Below are positions 10,846-19,859 of a stretch of DNA of 64,000 nt, piece by piece (the first letter of the stretch is position 1; the number at the start of each line of letters is the position of its first letter). Both the position numbers and the translations under genes were made by a program. Origin of the DNA: Candidatus Aldehydirespiratoraceae bacterium (lineage in GTDB: Bacteria > Actinomycetota > Acidimicrobiia > Acidimicrobiales > Aldehydirespiratoraceae); assembly GCA_965204595.1 (NCBI GenBank), contig CBDBEW010000005.1:614565-678564 (forward strand). The letters run 5' to 3'. The notes beneath the pieces are model-generated. The model was not told the origin of the DNA, searched no databases, and saw only the letters and a program-made list of their open reading frames with translations.

Positions 10846-10887
10846 ATGAGAGCCAAGAGCAGCCGCATGAGAGCCAAGAGCAGCCGC
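10846..10887. repeat. perfect 21-bp tandem duplication
   Basis: atgagagccaagagcagccgc occurs twice back to back (10846..10866 and 10867..10887), about 35 nt upstream of the Tat-signal gene start on the minus strand. Confidence 0.9.
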
Positions 10888-11028
10888 GCGGCAGCACCGA
10901 ATCCCACAAGTTCAAAGCCGCCTCACCGGCCGCAGCACGAAACTCGTCGGCATGCGACATCAAGGAATCGGTCAAAGTGATCACAGGGCTTCTTCTCTCG
11001 GACGGTGACTAAGATGCGGTTTTATAAT

Positions 11029-11675
11029 TTACCCGGCCGCACGTAGCAACGCAACCTGCGTGGCGCTATTTATCCGATACTTGGCCCCGTCCCCCCGTTG
11101 TTCACCACCAAATGCGTCTGTTAGGGGTTTATGCGCTCGTCGGCTGCTTCGGTGTCTGCTAAGCACTATAACGTCTGGGTCCTGAGTGAACCGATTCTGC
11201 ACGGCCTTGCACTGGTCTTGCCGTGTGTTGCAGGACATGTGCACGACTGCATCGTGGTCGCCGAGGAGGGTGTGCAACCGATCGACCAGATAGTTGACGA
11301 TGTCACGGTGCTCGGTGAACACGATCAACTTACGGCTAGTCGCAAGCCGCCGCATGCATCTCGGCCGCCTCCGAAAGAGTGTCGGAGAGTTGCTGCCACT
11401 TGGCATCAGTTCCAGCCCTCCGCGGATCGTAGCCCATCTGCTGCAACCGCTTGAGCGTTGCAATTGCGCCCTCCAACTCAGCGATCGTCTCGGCGGCGGT
11501 GGCCGCGTCAACCACTTTAGCGTCGATAATAGTCCTGCTCCTCATCGTCGAGTTCGTAGCAGGCATCCATATCTAAGTCCCGGAGTGCGTCTTCGTCTAC
11601 AGGGCCTCCTCCGCGACTGTCAGGTTCGGGTTGTGGGTCGGCAGGGTCTACCTTTAGAAGCTGCGACAATCGCAC
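11029..11675 (-). pseudogene. SNF2/DEAD-like helicase C-terminal domain remnant
   Basis: Three ORF fragments in different frames read ..IAELEGAIATLKRLQQ.., then KLIVFTEHRDIVNYLVDRLHTLLGDHDAVVHMSCNTRQDQCKAVQNRFTQDPDVIVL, then (shifted) LADTEAADERINP followed by a stop. This matches the helicase-C pattern ..IFTE.RDT..YL...L......IHG....ER...F......VL.ATDAAGEGINLQ. The 5' side is cut by the IS remnant at about 11680. Confidence 0.6.
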
Positions 11676-11679
11676 CTGT

Positions 11680-11984
11680 TGGCTTGTCAGTCTGAGCATC
11701 CTCCATTTGGTTAGGAGGTATTCATGTTATTTATGGAATCAGATAGCCCGCCGCCGGTGTCTTGGCGGTGGTCCAGTAAAGAGTTCAAAGCTGATGTTGC
11801 GGTATTGGTGTTCAAGCGGGAATCGGCCGGTTGCTACGGCGGCGTGCGAGGGGAAGCCCAGAGGCTCTCCTCGGGTGATGTTAGATGTTGGCTGGTGTGG
11901 TGGTTGCAACGGTTGGTTTGGCGATACACTGGAGCGTTGCTGGACTTGGCTATGGTGTGTTGTTCGTGAGCTATGTGTTGCTAC
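11680..11984 (+). mobile_element. internally deleted IS3-family remnant (related to 6171..7411, opposite orientation)
   Basis: It has the IRL-like TGGCTTGTCAG at 11680. The orfA N-terminus MLFMESDSPPPVSWRWSSKEFKADVAVLV (11724..) parallels MSLMETDRPPPVSRRRFSKEFKADAVALV. An IRR-like ctatgtgttgc lies at about 11971..11981. It contains repeat copy 11891..11942. Confidence 0.65.
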
Positions 11985-12073
11985 TTTCAGGGGTTGTGCC
12001 CACACTTTCAACCACAAGAGTCGATCCGGTGCGAGCACTTGGATAGGCAAAGATTGAGCTTGGAATATAAAGA

Positions 12074-13357
12074 TTGAGCTTGGTAAATGAAGAAGGGATT
12101 GAGGGTGGACCGATAGTTTCGGTAAGCCCGGTAGTGGCAGCTCGTGCCCTACTGGTAGGGGTGGCTTTGCTAATGGCTGGTAACGGGCTACAAAGTGCAT
12201 TAGTTGGCGTGCGTGCTGACGGCGAAGGATTCAGTGTTATTGCCACTGGCTTTGTGATGACCTGCTACTACGCGGGATTTTTTCTTGGTGGGCTTTACTC
12301 ACAACGGCTCATTGCACAAGTTGGACATATAAGAGTGTTCGCGGCTCTGGCATCGTTGGCTTCGGGCGCAGCTCTACTTTATTTGTTGGTTATATCTCCG
12401 ATTTCATGGGGTGTGATGCGCTTCGTAACAGGCATATGCATCGCTGGGTTAGTAGTTGTTGGCGAGTCGTGGCTAAACGATATGTCAACGAACGCTACCC
12501 GTGGACGCCTGCTCTCTTTGTACATGGTGGCAACGATGGGGGGAATGACCACCGGTCAGTTTCTGCTAACGACAGCAGACATCGACGGCTTTGAACTTTT
12601 TGTCTTGGCTTCGCTGCTGGTCTCGGCATCTTTGGTGCCGGTTACCTTGTCAGCTTCGAGCAACCCTCCGTTGGGTTTGCCAGAACCCCTGTCAATGAAA
12701 GAACTAGCGCGCAAGGTGCCCACTGGGGTGTTTTCAACATTTTGGGTTGGTACCTCCGCAGGGGTACTTTTGGGCTTGGGAGCGGTTTATGCGGTTGCGG
12801 TGGAGTTGCCGGCATCACGTATATCATTGTTTCTAGCAGCGCCACTTATTGGTTCGGTGGTGATGCAATGGCCGATTGGTTGGTTGTCTGACCGTGCGGG
12901 ACGCCGTGGAGTAATGCTTTGGGTAGCAACTGCGGCGAGTGTGATTTGTGTTGGCTTGGCATGGGTTTCGCCACAATCGTGGCTGGTGATCGTGTTGATG
13001 TTTGGTCTTGGGGGAACGACCTTTTCTTTGTATTCATTAACCATTGGTTACACCGCAGACTGGCTACCACAAACTCAGCTAACCGCCGCATCAGCATCGC
13101 TTGTGCGGGTTAATGGGATTGGCGCGGTAGTGGGTCCTTTGCTGGTGTCTCCAGTGATGGCATTTTCTTCGCCGAAGGCTTTCTATTGGGCATTGGTGGC
13201 CACGCACGCCCTGATCGCGTTGTATCTGTCGTGGAGGGTGGTGTTCCGCAACCCGGTACCCAAAGAACTACAACGCGCCTTCGTGGTGTTTCCAGCTCGC
13301 GCTTCAGCAGTGGCAGCCAATTTGATTGGTCGCCGTCGCCGCGTCCATCAGAGTTAG
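12074..13357 (+). CDS. MFS transporter
   Basis: 427-aa ORF with about 12 hydrophobic segments and an MFS-like loop (GWLSDRAGRRGVM). The listed start is TTG, so the true start is uncertain. Confidence 0.7.
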   Translation: MSLVNEEGIEGGPIVSVSPVVAARALLVGVALLMAGNGLQSALVGVRADGEGFSVIATGFVMTCYYAGFFLGGLYSQRLIAQVGHIRVFAALASLASGAALLYLLVISPISWGVMRFVTGICIAGLVVVGESWLNDMSTNATRGRLLSLYMVATMGGMTTGQFLLTTADIDGFELFVLASLLVSASLVPVTLSASSNPPLGLPEPLSMKELARKVPTGVFSTFWVGTSAGVLLGLGAVYAVAVELPASRISLFLAAPLIGSVVMQWPIGWLSDRAGRRGVMLWVATAASVICVGLAWVSPQSWLVIVLMFGLGGTTFSLYSLTIGYTADWLPQTQLTAASASLVRVNGIGAVVGPLLVSPVMAFSSPKAFYWALVATHALIALYLSWRVVFRNPVPKELQRAFVVFPARASAVAANLIGRRRRVHQS

Positions 13358-13419
13358 ATTATTTTCTCTAAAGATCAAAAATTAGCGTGGGGGGTCACTC
13401 TGCGGGCTTGGGAAAGTGG

Positions 13420-14988
13420 TTAGTAGGCTGCATCTGGCATGGAGGCTTTGCGGCGGGCAATAAATTCCAGTAGTTCTGCATCAATTGCTTCGTCTAGCGG
13501 CGGAGGTTCATAGTTGGCCAACATTTGTTTCCATTGAGCGTTGGCACGGTTAGCGGCACTTAGGCTGCCCTCGGCTTGCCATTGTTCAAAGCTGTTATTG
13601 TCGGCGGTAGTTGAACGGTAAAAAGCAGTCTCAAAATTCTCCAATGTGTGGGCATTGCCGAGAAAATGGTCTCCATGAGGGTTGGAGTGAAATGCTTCCA
13701 TCGCTTGACCATTGGTGCTCATGTCAATACCTTGAGCGTAAATTCCCATCATGCCTAACTGATCGTCATCCAAAATTAGCTTTTCAAAACTGAGAGCCAA
13801 ACCACCTTCAAGCCAGCCTGCAGCATGCAACACAAAGTTCACCCCCGCAGACAATGTTGGCAGAAGAGTAGATGCAGATTCATATGCCGCTTGAGCATCA
13901 ACAGTTTTTGATGAAGTGAACTGTCCACCAGAACGAAACGGAACACCCAAACGGCGAGCCAATGCTGCCATAACGTGAATGGCTTGACCTGCCTCGGGAG
14001 TACCAAAAGTTGGTGCACCTGTGGCCATAGACATCGACGAAGCGAAAGTTCCAAATATCACAGGTGCCCCCGGCCGCACCAATTGGTAAAAAGCAATACC
14101 AGAAAGTGCCTCGGCTAAAGCTTGGGTACACAATCCCGCCACCGTCACCGGCGACATCGCGCCCGCTAAAATAAACGGGGAGATGATGGCGGCTTGGTTC
14201 GCTCGGGCGTATTGGGTGGCCGCGCCCAACATGGTGGCATCCCAACGCAGCGGCGACGCAGCATTGATGAGGGAGGTCATCACCGTTTTGTCTTGCAAAT
14301 CTCCCCCGAAAGCAATACGCGAAAGTTCAATGGAGTCAGCGGCTCGCTCAGCAGAGGTGACCGAACCCATATAAGGCTTGTCGCTGAACTTGATATGTGA
14401 ATACACCATGTCAAGGTGCCGCTTGTTGACCGCAATGTCAACAGGCTCACAAACAGTTCCGCCTGAATGGTGAAGATTAGCGAGCATGTAGGTTAGCTTG
14501 ACAGCATTTTGAAAATCTTCCAGAGTTGCGTAGCGGCGCCCCTTGTCGAGATCAGTCACAAACGGTGACCCATAATTAGGCGCAAACACCGTTGCGTTGC
14601 CGCCAATCTTCACGTTGCGTGCAGGATTGCGGGCGTGTTGGGTGTAGCTACTTGGGGCGTTACGGGTGATTATTTCGCGGCACAAGCCGGGTGGGAACTT
14701 GACGAGTTCGCCCTCGACTTTAGCACCAGCCGCTCGCCACAAATCGAGTGCTTTCGGGAAGTCTTGGAATGCCACACCAACTTCGGCTAAGACAGTGTCA
14801 GCGTTTTGTTCTATCTGTGCTAGACCGTTTTCATCTAGCATTTCCACGGGGGGTAACTTGCGTTCAATGTAAGCAACGGTTTGAGCGGTGGCAGCGGCGC
14901 GCACAGCCCGGCGGTTAGCACGGCCACCGCTGCGCCGAGAGCGTTTGGCAGACGTTTTGCTAGCAGTCTCGGGTGGTTCTTTGGTCAT
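13420..14988 (-). CDS. MttB-superfamily methyltransferase (non-pyrrolysine; quaternary-amine:corrinoid methyltransferase)
   Basis: 522-aa uninterrupted ORF with no in-frame TAG. It has an Arg-rich N-terminal extension (KRSRRSGGRANRRAVRAAA) and is the last gene of the corrinoid operon. Family recognised from overall sequence character and context. Substrate not determinable. Confidence 0.75.
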   Translation of the reverse strand: MTKEPPETASKTSAKRSRRSGGRANRRAVRAAATAQTVAYIERKLPPVEMLDENGLAQIEQNADTVLAEVGVAFQDFPKALDLWRAAGAKVEGELVKFPPGLCREIITRNAPSSYTQHARNPARNVKIGGNATVFAPNYGSPFVTDLDKGRRYATLEDFQNAVKLTYMLANLHHSGGTVCEPVDIAVNKRHLDMVYSHIKFSDKPYMGSVTSAERAADSIELSRIAFGGDLQDKTVMTSLINAASPLRWDATMLGAATQYARANQAAIISPFILAGAMSPVTVAGLCTQALAEALSGIAFYQLVRPGAPVIFGTFASSMSMATGAPTFGTPEAGQAIHVMAALARRLGVPFRSGGQFTSSKTVDAQAAYESASTLLPTLSAGVNFVLHAAGWLEGGLALSFEKLILDDDQLGMMGIYAQGIDMSTNGQAMEAFHSNPHGDHFLGNAHTLENFETAFYRSTTADNNSFEQWQAEGSLSAANRANAQWKQMLANYEPPPLDEAIDAELLEFIARRKASMPDAAY

Positions 14989-15002
14989 ATGGATTCCAGT
15001 CT

Positions 15003-17045
15003 TTAGGATTGGCTTACTGCGCGTGGTGTTCGCCGTCGTTTGCGGTTGGCGGCAGTTACTTGTGTTGCGCGGTTCGGTAAGTCAACAACTTTAGATAGTT
15101 CATCTGAAGTGGCGGTTTGGTGGGGAAAGGCCATGGCATTCACAAATAGTTCTTGGAAGCGGAGCTCTGTTGCTGTTTCGATTTTATGGATTTCCTTGAC
15201 GTTGCGCGCTAGCTCTTGGCGTTGAGCTGCTGATACCAACATACGGATCGCACCCGCGCCTGAAGCATTACCAACAGCAACCACCGAATCTAGGGGACAA
15301 TCGGGCACGAGACCTAACACCAATGCATACAGTGGGTCAATATGGGTTCCGAACGCACCCGCGAGCCTAATATCGGAAACATAGCTCACACCCGCGTGTT
15401 CCATCAACAAGTCAACACCCGCGCGCAAGGCTGCGCCCGCAAGCTGGATTTGACGAATGTCGTTTTGGGTGATGTACAAAGGGGCATCCTCCTCACGAAT
15501 CACAAAGCGAAAGGTGCGTCCATCGGGTTGCACAAAACGGCGGTGTTGGGCGAGCGGCTCTTTGATTACCCCATTGTGGTCGCACACACCAGCTAAAAAC
15601 ATCTCTCCAACCACTTCGATTATTGCCGAACCACACAAGCCAGCAATATCTAGATCAACGGTGGCAGCAGTAAAGCCGGGATGGTCGCTCCACTGCTCGG
15701 CACCAATAACTTTGTAACGTGGTGCGAACGTTTCACGGTTGATGCGAATGCGTTCAATAGCACCCACTGTTGCACGCACACCACTTGATATTTGTGCACC
15801 CTCAAAAGCTGGACCTGTTGGCGAAGAAGCAGCATAAGTAGCTTGACTGGTGCCAAGTACTATTTCGGCGTTGGTGCCAATGTCAACCATCAACTGCGGC
15901 TCATCAGCTAAGTGGGTGCCCTCGTTTAGCACCGCAGCAGCAGCGTCCGCACCAACATGGCCAGCGATGCAAGGACCTATGTGAGCTTGTGCAAACGGTA
16001 AAGCAATCTCAAGTTCATCAGCCCGCATTTCAACAGGCTCACTGACTGTTAATGAAAATGGAGCAGCACCCAATGCGGTGGGGTCAATGCCTAGCACCAA
16101 GTGATGCATAATGGGGTTGCCAACCACCACCAAATCATGTGTGTGACTTCTCACTTCCTCTAATGGCAAGTCAGCTTGGTTCGCTAGATCAGGTATCAAA
16201 GCATCTAAGGCGTTGCGTACCGCGCTGGTTAGTTCCTTGTCTCCCCCTTTGTTCATCATCACATAGCTGACCCGACTCATCAGGTCTTCACCAAAGCGAA
16301 TTTGTGGGTTCATTGTGCCACAATGGGCAAGAACATCACCGGAGGTGAGGTCTACTAAATAAGCCGCGATGGTGGTGCTTCCAACGTCTATCGCAATCCC
16401 ATAGATTGCTTCATCAAATCCTGGTCGCAGTGCCACCACAGTTTGGTCTGAGTACAAAATTGCTGTGAGTGCTTTGTTGCCTGCGGCGATGATTGCCCCG
16501 AGGTTCGGTAGCACACGGGCATCAACGGTAACGTCTTGAATCTTCCACTGATCCCAAAGGGCTTGTGCAAGCAATTCGCTCTGTGAGCGTTCGTCACCAA
16601 GCACACTTTGCGGTAACTCAACATATCGTGGCACCACAAGCGGGTCGACGGTGAGCCCGGTGAGGTCAACTTTTTTGCGGACAACAGGCCGATGCACCGC
16701 ACTTTCGGCTGGAATGTCAATCACCACAGGTGCTCGCACAGCTACTTGACAACCTAAACGGTTACCTGCACTGATTGCACGCCGCCCCTTGTAATGTTGC
16801 TCGCCAATGCCCCACGGACTCAACGCTTCAACAGTTGAGGTGATACCCCATTTGGCGAATGCTCCAAAGGTTGGGGCGACCTGGCAGCGTCCGCAAAGCC
16901 CTCGCCCCCCGCAAGTTGAATCAAGATCAATACCTGCTTGGCGAGCAGCATCAAGCACAGAAGTACCAATTTTCGCAGTTGTCTTCACACCAGATGGGGT
17001 GAAAACTATGTCGACGGGAGTGCCCGCACCTTCAGTAGGAGACAT
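15003..17045 (-). CDS. corrinoid reductive-activation protein (RamA-like: 2Fe-2S ferredoxin + ASKHA/DUF4445 ATPase)
   Basis: ORF 15003..17147. I prefer the start at M35 (17045, MSPTEGAG..), which gives a 14-nt overlap with the upstream gene. It has the plant-type ferredoxin block CGGRGLCGRCQV followed by a long actin-like ATPase region (IAIDVGSTT, DIGTNAE). Confidence 0.8.
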   Translation of the reverse strand: MSPTEGAGTPVDIVFTPSGVKTTAKIGTSVLDAARQAGIDLDSTCGGRGLCGRCQVAPTFGAFAKWGITSTVEALSPWGIGEQHYKGRRAISAGNRLGCQVAVRAPVVIDIPAESAVHRPVVRKKVDLTGLTVDPLVVPRYVELPQSVLGDERSQSELLAQALWDQWKIQDVTVDARVLPNLGAIIAAGNKALTAILYSDQTVVALRPGFDEAIYGIAIDVGSTTIAAYLVDLTSGDVLAHCGTMNPQIRFGEDLMSRVSYVMMNKGGDKELTSAVRNALDALIPDLANQADLPLEEVRSHTHDLVVVGNPIMHHLVLGIDPTALGAAPFSLTVSEPVEMRADELEIALPFAQAHIGPCIAGHVGADAAAAVLNEGTHLADEPQLMVDIGTNAEIVLGTSQATYAASSPTGPAFEGAQISSGVRATVGAIERIRINRETFAPRYKVIGAEQWSDHPGFTAATVDLDIAGLCGSAIIEVVGEMFLAGVCDHNGVIKEPLAQHRRFVQPDGRTFRFVIREEDAPLYITQNDIRQIQLAGAALRAGVDLLMEHAGVSYVSDIRLAGAFGTHIDPLYALVLGLVPDCPLDSVVAVGNASGAGAIRMLVSAAQRQELARNVKEIHKIETATELRFQELFVNAMAFPHQTATSDELSKVVDLPNRATQVTAANRKRRRTPRAVSQS

Positions 17046-17952
17046 TGCTTGCTGAGGCAACCCTGCGACGGCTAGCACGTCTGCGTGGGCGACTTTCACC
17101 GCCGAGTGTGGGAGCGCGATATTCGCGAATCCAAGCAGCGCAGTCACGATCGTATCCAGCTAGCACATCGGCTGCCATTACCGCAGCCTTAACCTCGGGA
17201 TGCATTGGGTTCATTATTGCTGAACTCATACCCGCACCGGTCGCCATAGCTAAAAACGTGCCGGTAATGGCTTGCCTGTTGGGTAAACCAAAGCTCACAT
17301 TTGATGCCCCGCAAGTGGTGTTGACCCGCAGTTCTTCCCGTAGTCGCCGAACTAAGGAAAACACTTGTCGGCCTGCGGTTGCCATTGCTCCAATGGGCAT
17401 GACCAATGGGTCCACCACCACATCAGCAGTTGGGATGCCAAAATCAGCAGCGGCGTTCACAATTTTGCGGGCCACTTCAAAGCGCACGTCTGGGTCTTCG
17501 CTAATTCCGGTTTCGTCGTTGGAAATGGCTACCACAGCCGCACCAGCCTTAGCCACGAGTGGTAATACCCGTTCCAACACTTCATCCTCGCCAGTAACTG
17601 AGTTGATAAGTGGTTTACCTTGATAAACGGCTATGCCAGCTTCAAGCGCGGCGATGATAGATGAGTCGATCGCTAATGGCACATCTGTAACAGACTGGAC
17701 TAGCTTGATTGCTTGGCTTAGCAAGGCGGGTTCATCAGCGAGGGGGATGCCAGCATTCACATCAAGCATGTGGGCACCAGATTCAACTTGGGCGATAGCG
17801 TCTGCTTCCACCCGACTGAAGTCGCCTGCTTTCATTTCTTCAGCAAGCAATTTACGTCCAGTGGGGTTAATTCGCTCACCAATCATCACGAAAGGTTTGT
17901 CAAAACCAATCACGACCTCTTTGGTGGCGGAACTAATGACGGTGTTAGTCAT
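17032..17952 (-). CDS. methyltetrahydrofolate:corrinoid methyltransferase (pterin-binding, MtgA/MetH-pterin-domain-like)
   Basis: 306-aa ORF. IGERINPTGRK, LDVNAG and AISNDETG blocks are typical of the pterin-binding (DHPS-like) domain. Confidence 0.8.
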   Translation of the reverse strand: MTNTVISSATKEVVIGFDKPFVMIGERINPTGRKLLAEEMKAGDFSRVEADAIAQVESGAHMLDVNAGIPLADEPALLSQAIKLVQSVTDVPLAIDSSIIAALEAGIAVYQGKPLINSVTGEDEVLERVLPLVAKAGAAVVAISNDETGISEDPDVRFEVARKIVNAAADFGIPTADVVVDPLVMPIGAMATAGRQVFSLVRRLREELRVNTTCGASNVSFGLPNRQAITGTFLAMATGAGMSSAIMNPMHPEVKAAVMAADVLAGYDRDCAAWIREYRAPTLGGESRPRRRASRRRVASASNVSY

Positions 17953-18289
17953 CTTTTGCGGTACTTCCTTTGGGTTCTAGACCACCGTTTTTCACTAGGG
18001 TCTCAAGTCGGTTTTTGTGGTATTGCTGTTCGATTTTTTGCGCGGCGATTCGTGCGGCATCTCTAGCATCGCCTTGAACTGGAGTGTTCTCGCGCCGCCA
18101 CTGTTCAATATAAGGCTGGGTTTCGGTTAGACCCGCAACTTGTGCGGCGCGGTCGATGGCGTGCTGAAAACGTGGTTGCAGCAAAATCTTTTCGCTGTGC
18201 CCTTGGGCTGTGGTAGCGGTGATCTGGGCGGGGATGTCTCGCCAGTAAATTGTTTGGAAGCCGCCACTACGGCTTTGTCTGCGGCTCAT
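17945..18289 (-). CDS. small conserved protein of corrinoid clusters (virulence-factor-family-like, tentative)
   Basis: 114-aa ORF with 4-8 nt overlaps on both sides. IYWRDIPAQI...RFQHAIDRAA resembles what I remember of PF13769-type proteins found beside DUF1638. This is a low-certainty recollection. Confidence 0.45.
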   Translation of the reverse strand: MSRRQSRSGGFQTIYWRDIPAQITATTAQGHSEKILLQPRFQHAIDRAAQVAGLTETQPYIEQWRRENTPVQGDARDAARIAAQKIEQQYHKNRLETLVKNGGLEPKGSTAKDD

Positions 18290-18948
18290 GCGGGCACCAA
18301 CTCTTTTCTAGTAACTTGCAGTAGCGCAGTTTCCAATTCCCCATAGCCAACTTCGATACGTTCATACCTTAGACCCAACTTCTTGGCGGCAGCTTGCGCT
18401 TTGTGGTCTAAGCGAACGTCTTGTGTTTGAGCTAAGTAAATCAACTTGGTGTAGTTGCCAAAGTAGATGTCGAGCAATTCTGGGTGATCGTTAATTCCGA
18501 GTCCAGCCATGATTATGCGGTCAAAGTGTTTAGTAAGGTAGTCGGTTAGATAAAAAGCAGTTGGGTCATTGTGGTGCATCGTGGCGAAGTGCTCGTGGCC
18601 ACTGTAGAACTGATAGCAATGGTCGCCCGGTAGCATCGTCACATCTTGAGCACCGCCGAGGTTCTCGCAAATTTTTTTGATCTCACCTCCGCTGCCACAA
18701 TCGGCGTAGCCAATAAGAATGCGATCATATTTGCGGTAGCTGCGAAGTTTTTGCCTCAACGCTGGAGCTATCTGTTCGGGACGGTTATGCAAGATTGCCG
18801 GCAGACAGACAACATCAACATTTTTGAGTTGGTGCAAATTAGCGATGTCACGAATTTCTGAAGCTAGAGCACCACAAGCTACAACCAAAACGGTAGGCGC
18901 GTCAGTGAAGGTGACGTTACCTGCGTGGTTTTCGTTCGTTGAAGTCAT
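18286..18948 (-). CDS. DUF1638-like protein
   Basis: 220-aa ORF with 4-nt overlaps on both sides. Its position between the corrinoid protein and the pterin methyltransferase is typical for DUF1638. VVACGAL and GYADCGSGG blocks are present. Confidence 0.5.
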   Translation of the reverse strand: MTSTNENHAGNVTFTDAPTVLVVACGALASEIRDIANLHQLKNVDVVCLPAILHNRPEQIAPALRQKLRSYRKYDRILIGYADCGSGGEIKKICENLGGAQDVTMLPGDHCYQFYSGHEHFATMHHNDPTAFYLTDYLTKHFDRIIMAGLGINDHPELLDIYFGNYTKLIYLAQTQDVRLDHKAQAAAKKLGLRYERIEVGYGELETALLQVTRKELVPA

Positions 18949-19670
18949 GCCGCAACGCGCCGTTCTTGCACTAGTGCTGAGGCGACTTCTGCGGCAACAG
19001 CGGCATCGCGGCAGTAAGCATCGGCACCGATTGCTTCTCCGAACTCCTCATTGAGAGGCGCGCCACCAACGATAATAATGTAATCGTCACGCATGCCCTT
19101 TTCGATGAGTGTGTCTATCACCACCTTCATGTAGGGCATGGTCGTTGTGAGCAAAGCCGACATGCCCAACAGGTCGGGTTTGTGTTCTTCTAGCGCAGCT
19201 AAAAACTCGTCAACGTCGGTGTTGATGCCGAGATCAAAGACCTCAAATCCAGCACCTTCTAACATCATGCCAACAAGGTTCTTACCGATGTCGTGGATGT
19301 CGCCTTTGACGGTGCCGATCACAATGCTGCCTATCGGTTCGGCACCCGTTTCTGCGAGTAGCGGCCGCAAGATAGACATTCCTGCTTTCATGGCTTTAGC
19401 AGCAAGCAGAACCTCTGGAACGAAGAGTATGCCGTCACGAAAATCAATGCCCACGATGCGCATGCCTTCAACTAACGCATCGTTAAGCACTTTGTCGGCG
19501 GGCCAACCGCGTTTTAGAAGAATGCGGGTGCCTTCGTCGATCTCTTCTTCTAAACCATCGTAGAGATCATCATGCATTTGTGCAGTTAAATCCTCGTCGC
19601 TTAAGGCGTTCAAGTCAATCTCGTCTAGGTCTTCATCAACAACTAGATCGGGGTTGGGTTCTGTGTTCAT
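18945..19670 (-). CDS. cobalamin-binding corrinoid protein
   Basis: ORF 18945..19751. The start is preferred at ATG 19670, with AGGAG about 8 nt upstream. It has an acidic N-terminus and the B12-binding DxHxxG block (GDIHDIGKNLV), plus MSALLTTT and GGAPL. Confidence 0.85.
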   Translation of the reverse strand: MNTEPNPDLVVDEDLDEIDLNALSDEDLTAQMHDDLYDGLEEEIDEGTRILLKRGWPADKVLNDALVEGMRIVGIDFRDGILFVPEVLLAAKAMKAGMSILRPLLAETGAEPIGSIVIGTVKGDIHDIGKNLVGMMLEGAGFEVFDLGINTDVDEFLAALEEHKPDLLGMSALLTTTMPYMKVVIDTLIEKGMRDDYIIIVGGAPLNEEFGEAIGADAYCRDAAVAAEVASALVQERRVAA

Positions 19671-19859
19671 TGGACAGCTCCTGAGTGGGTTAACTGGAAC
19701 ATCCGCGATGCAACCGCAGTTGTACCGCATTGTGGAACAGTACCGTATCATGAAACAGACATTTCTAGTTCGGTTTTAAAAAATTTTTTTGGTAATTCAA
19801 CTTGTGCGTTTGGTGGGTTCTCATAGTCTGGCTTGCGTGTTGACTGCTAGCCTGTGTTT

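Noticed and set aside
11724-11969. An 81-aa ORF as an intact IS3 orfA (HTH transposase).
   Set aside because: Only the first roughly 30 residues parallel orfA. The remainder diverges into non-homologous sequence and the element lacks orfB. It is an internally deleted relic.
13420-14988. Pyrrolysine (in-frame TAG) recoding in the MttB-family gene.
   Set aside because: The 522-aa ORF is uninterrupted with no in-frame TAG, and no pyl genes are in the window. It is a non-Pyl family member.
19671-19853. A cobalamin riboswitch in the leader of the corrinoid operon, or a T-box ahead of leuS.
   Set aside because: The shared intergenic region is only about 180 nt. I could not find a B12-box-like element or T-box specifier/antiterminator features by eye. 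A covariance-model scan would be needed to be certain.
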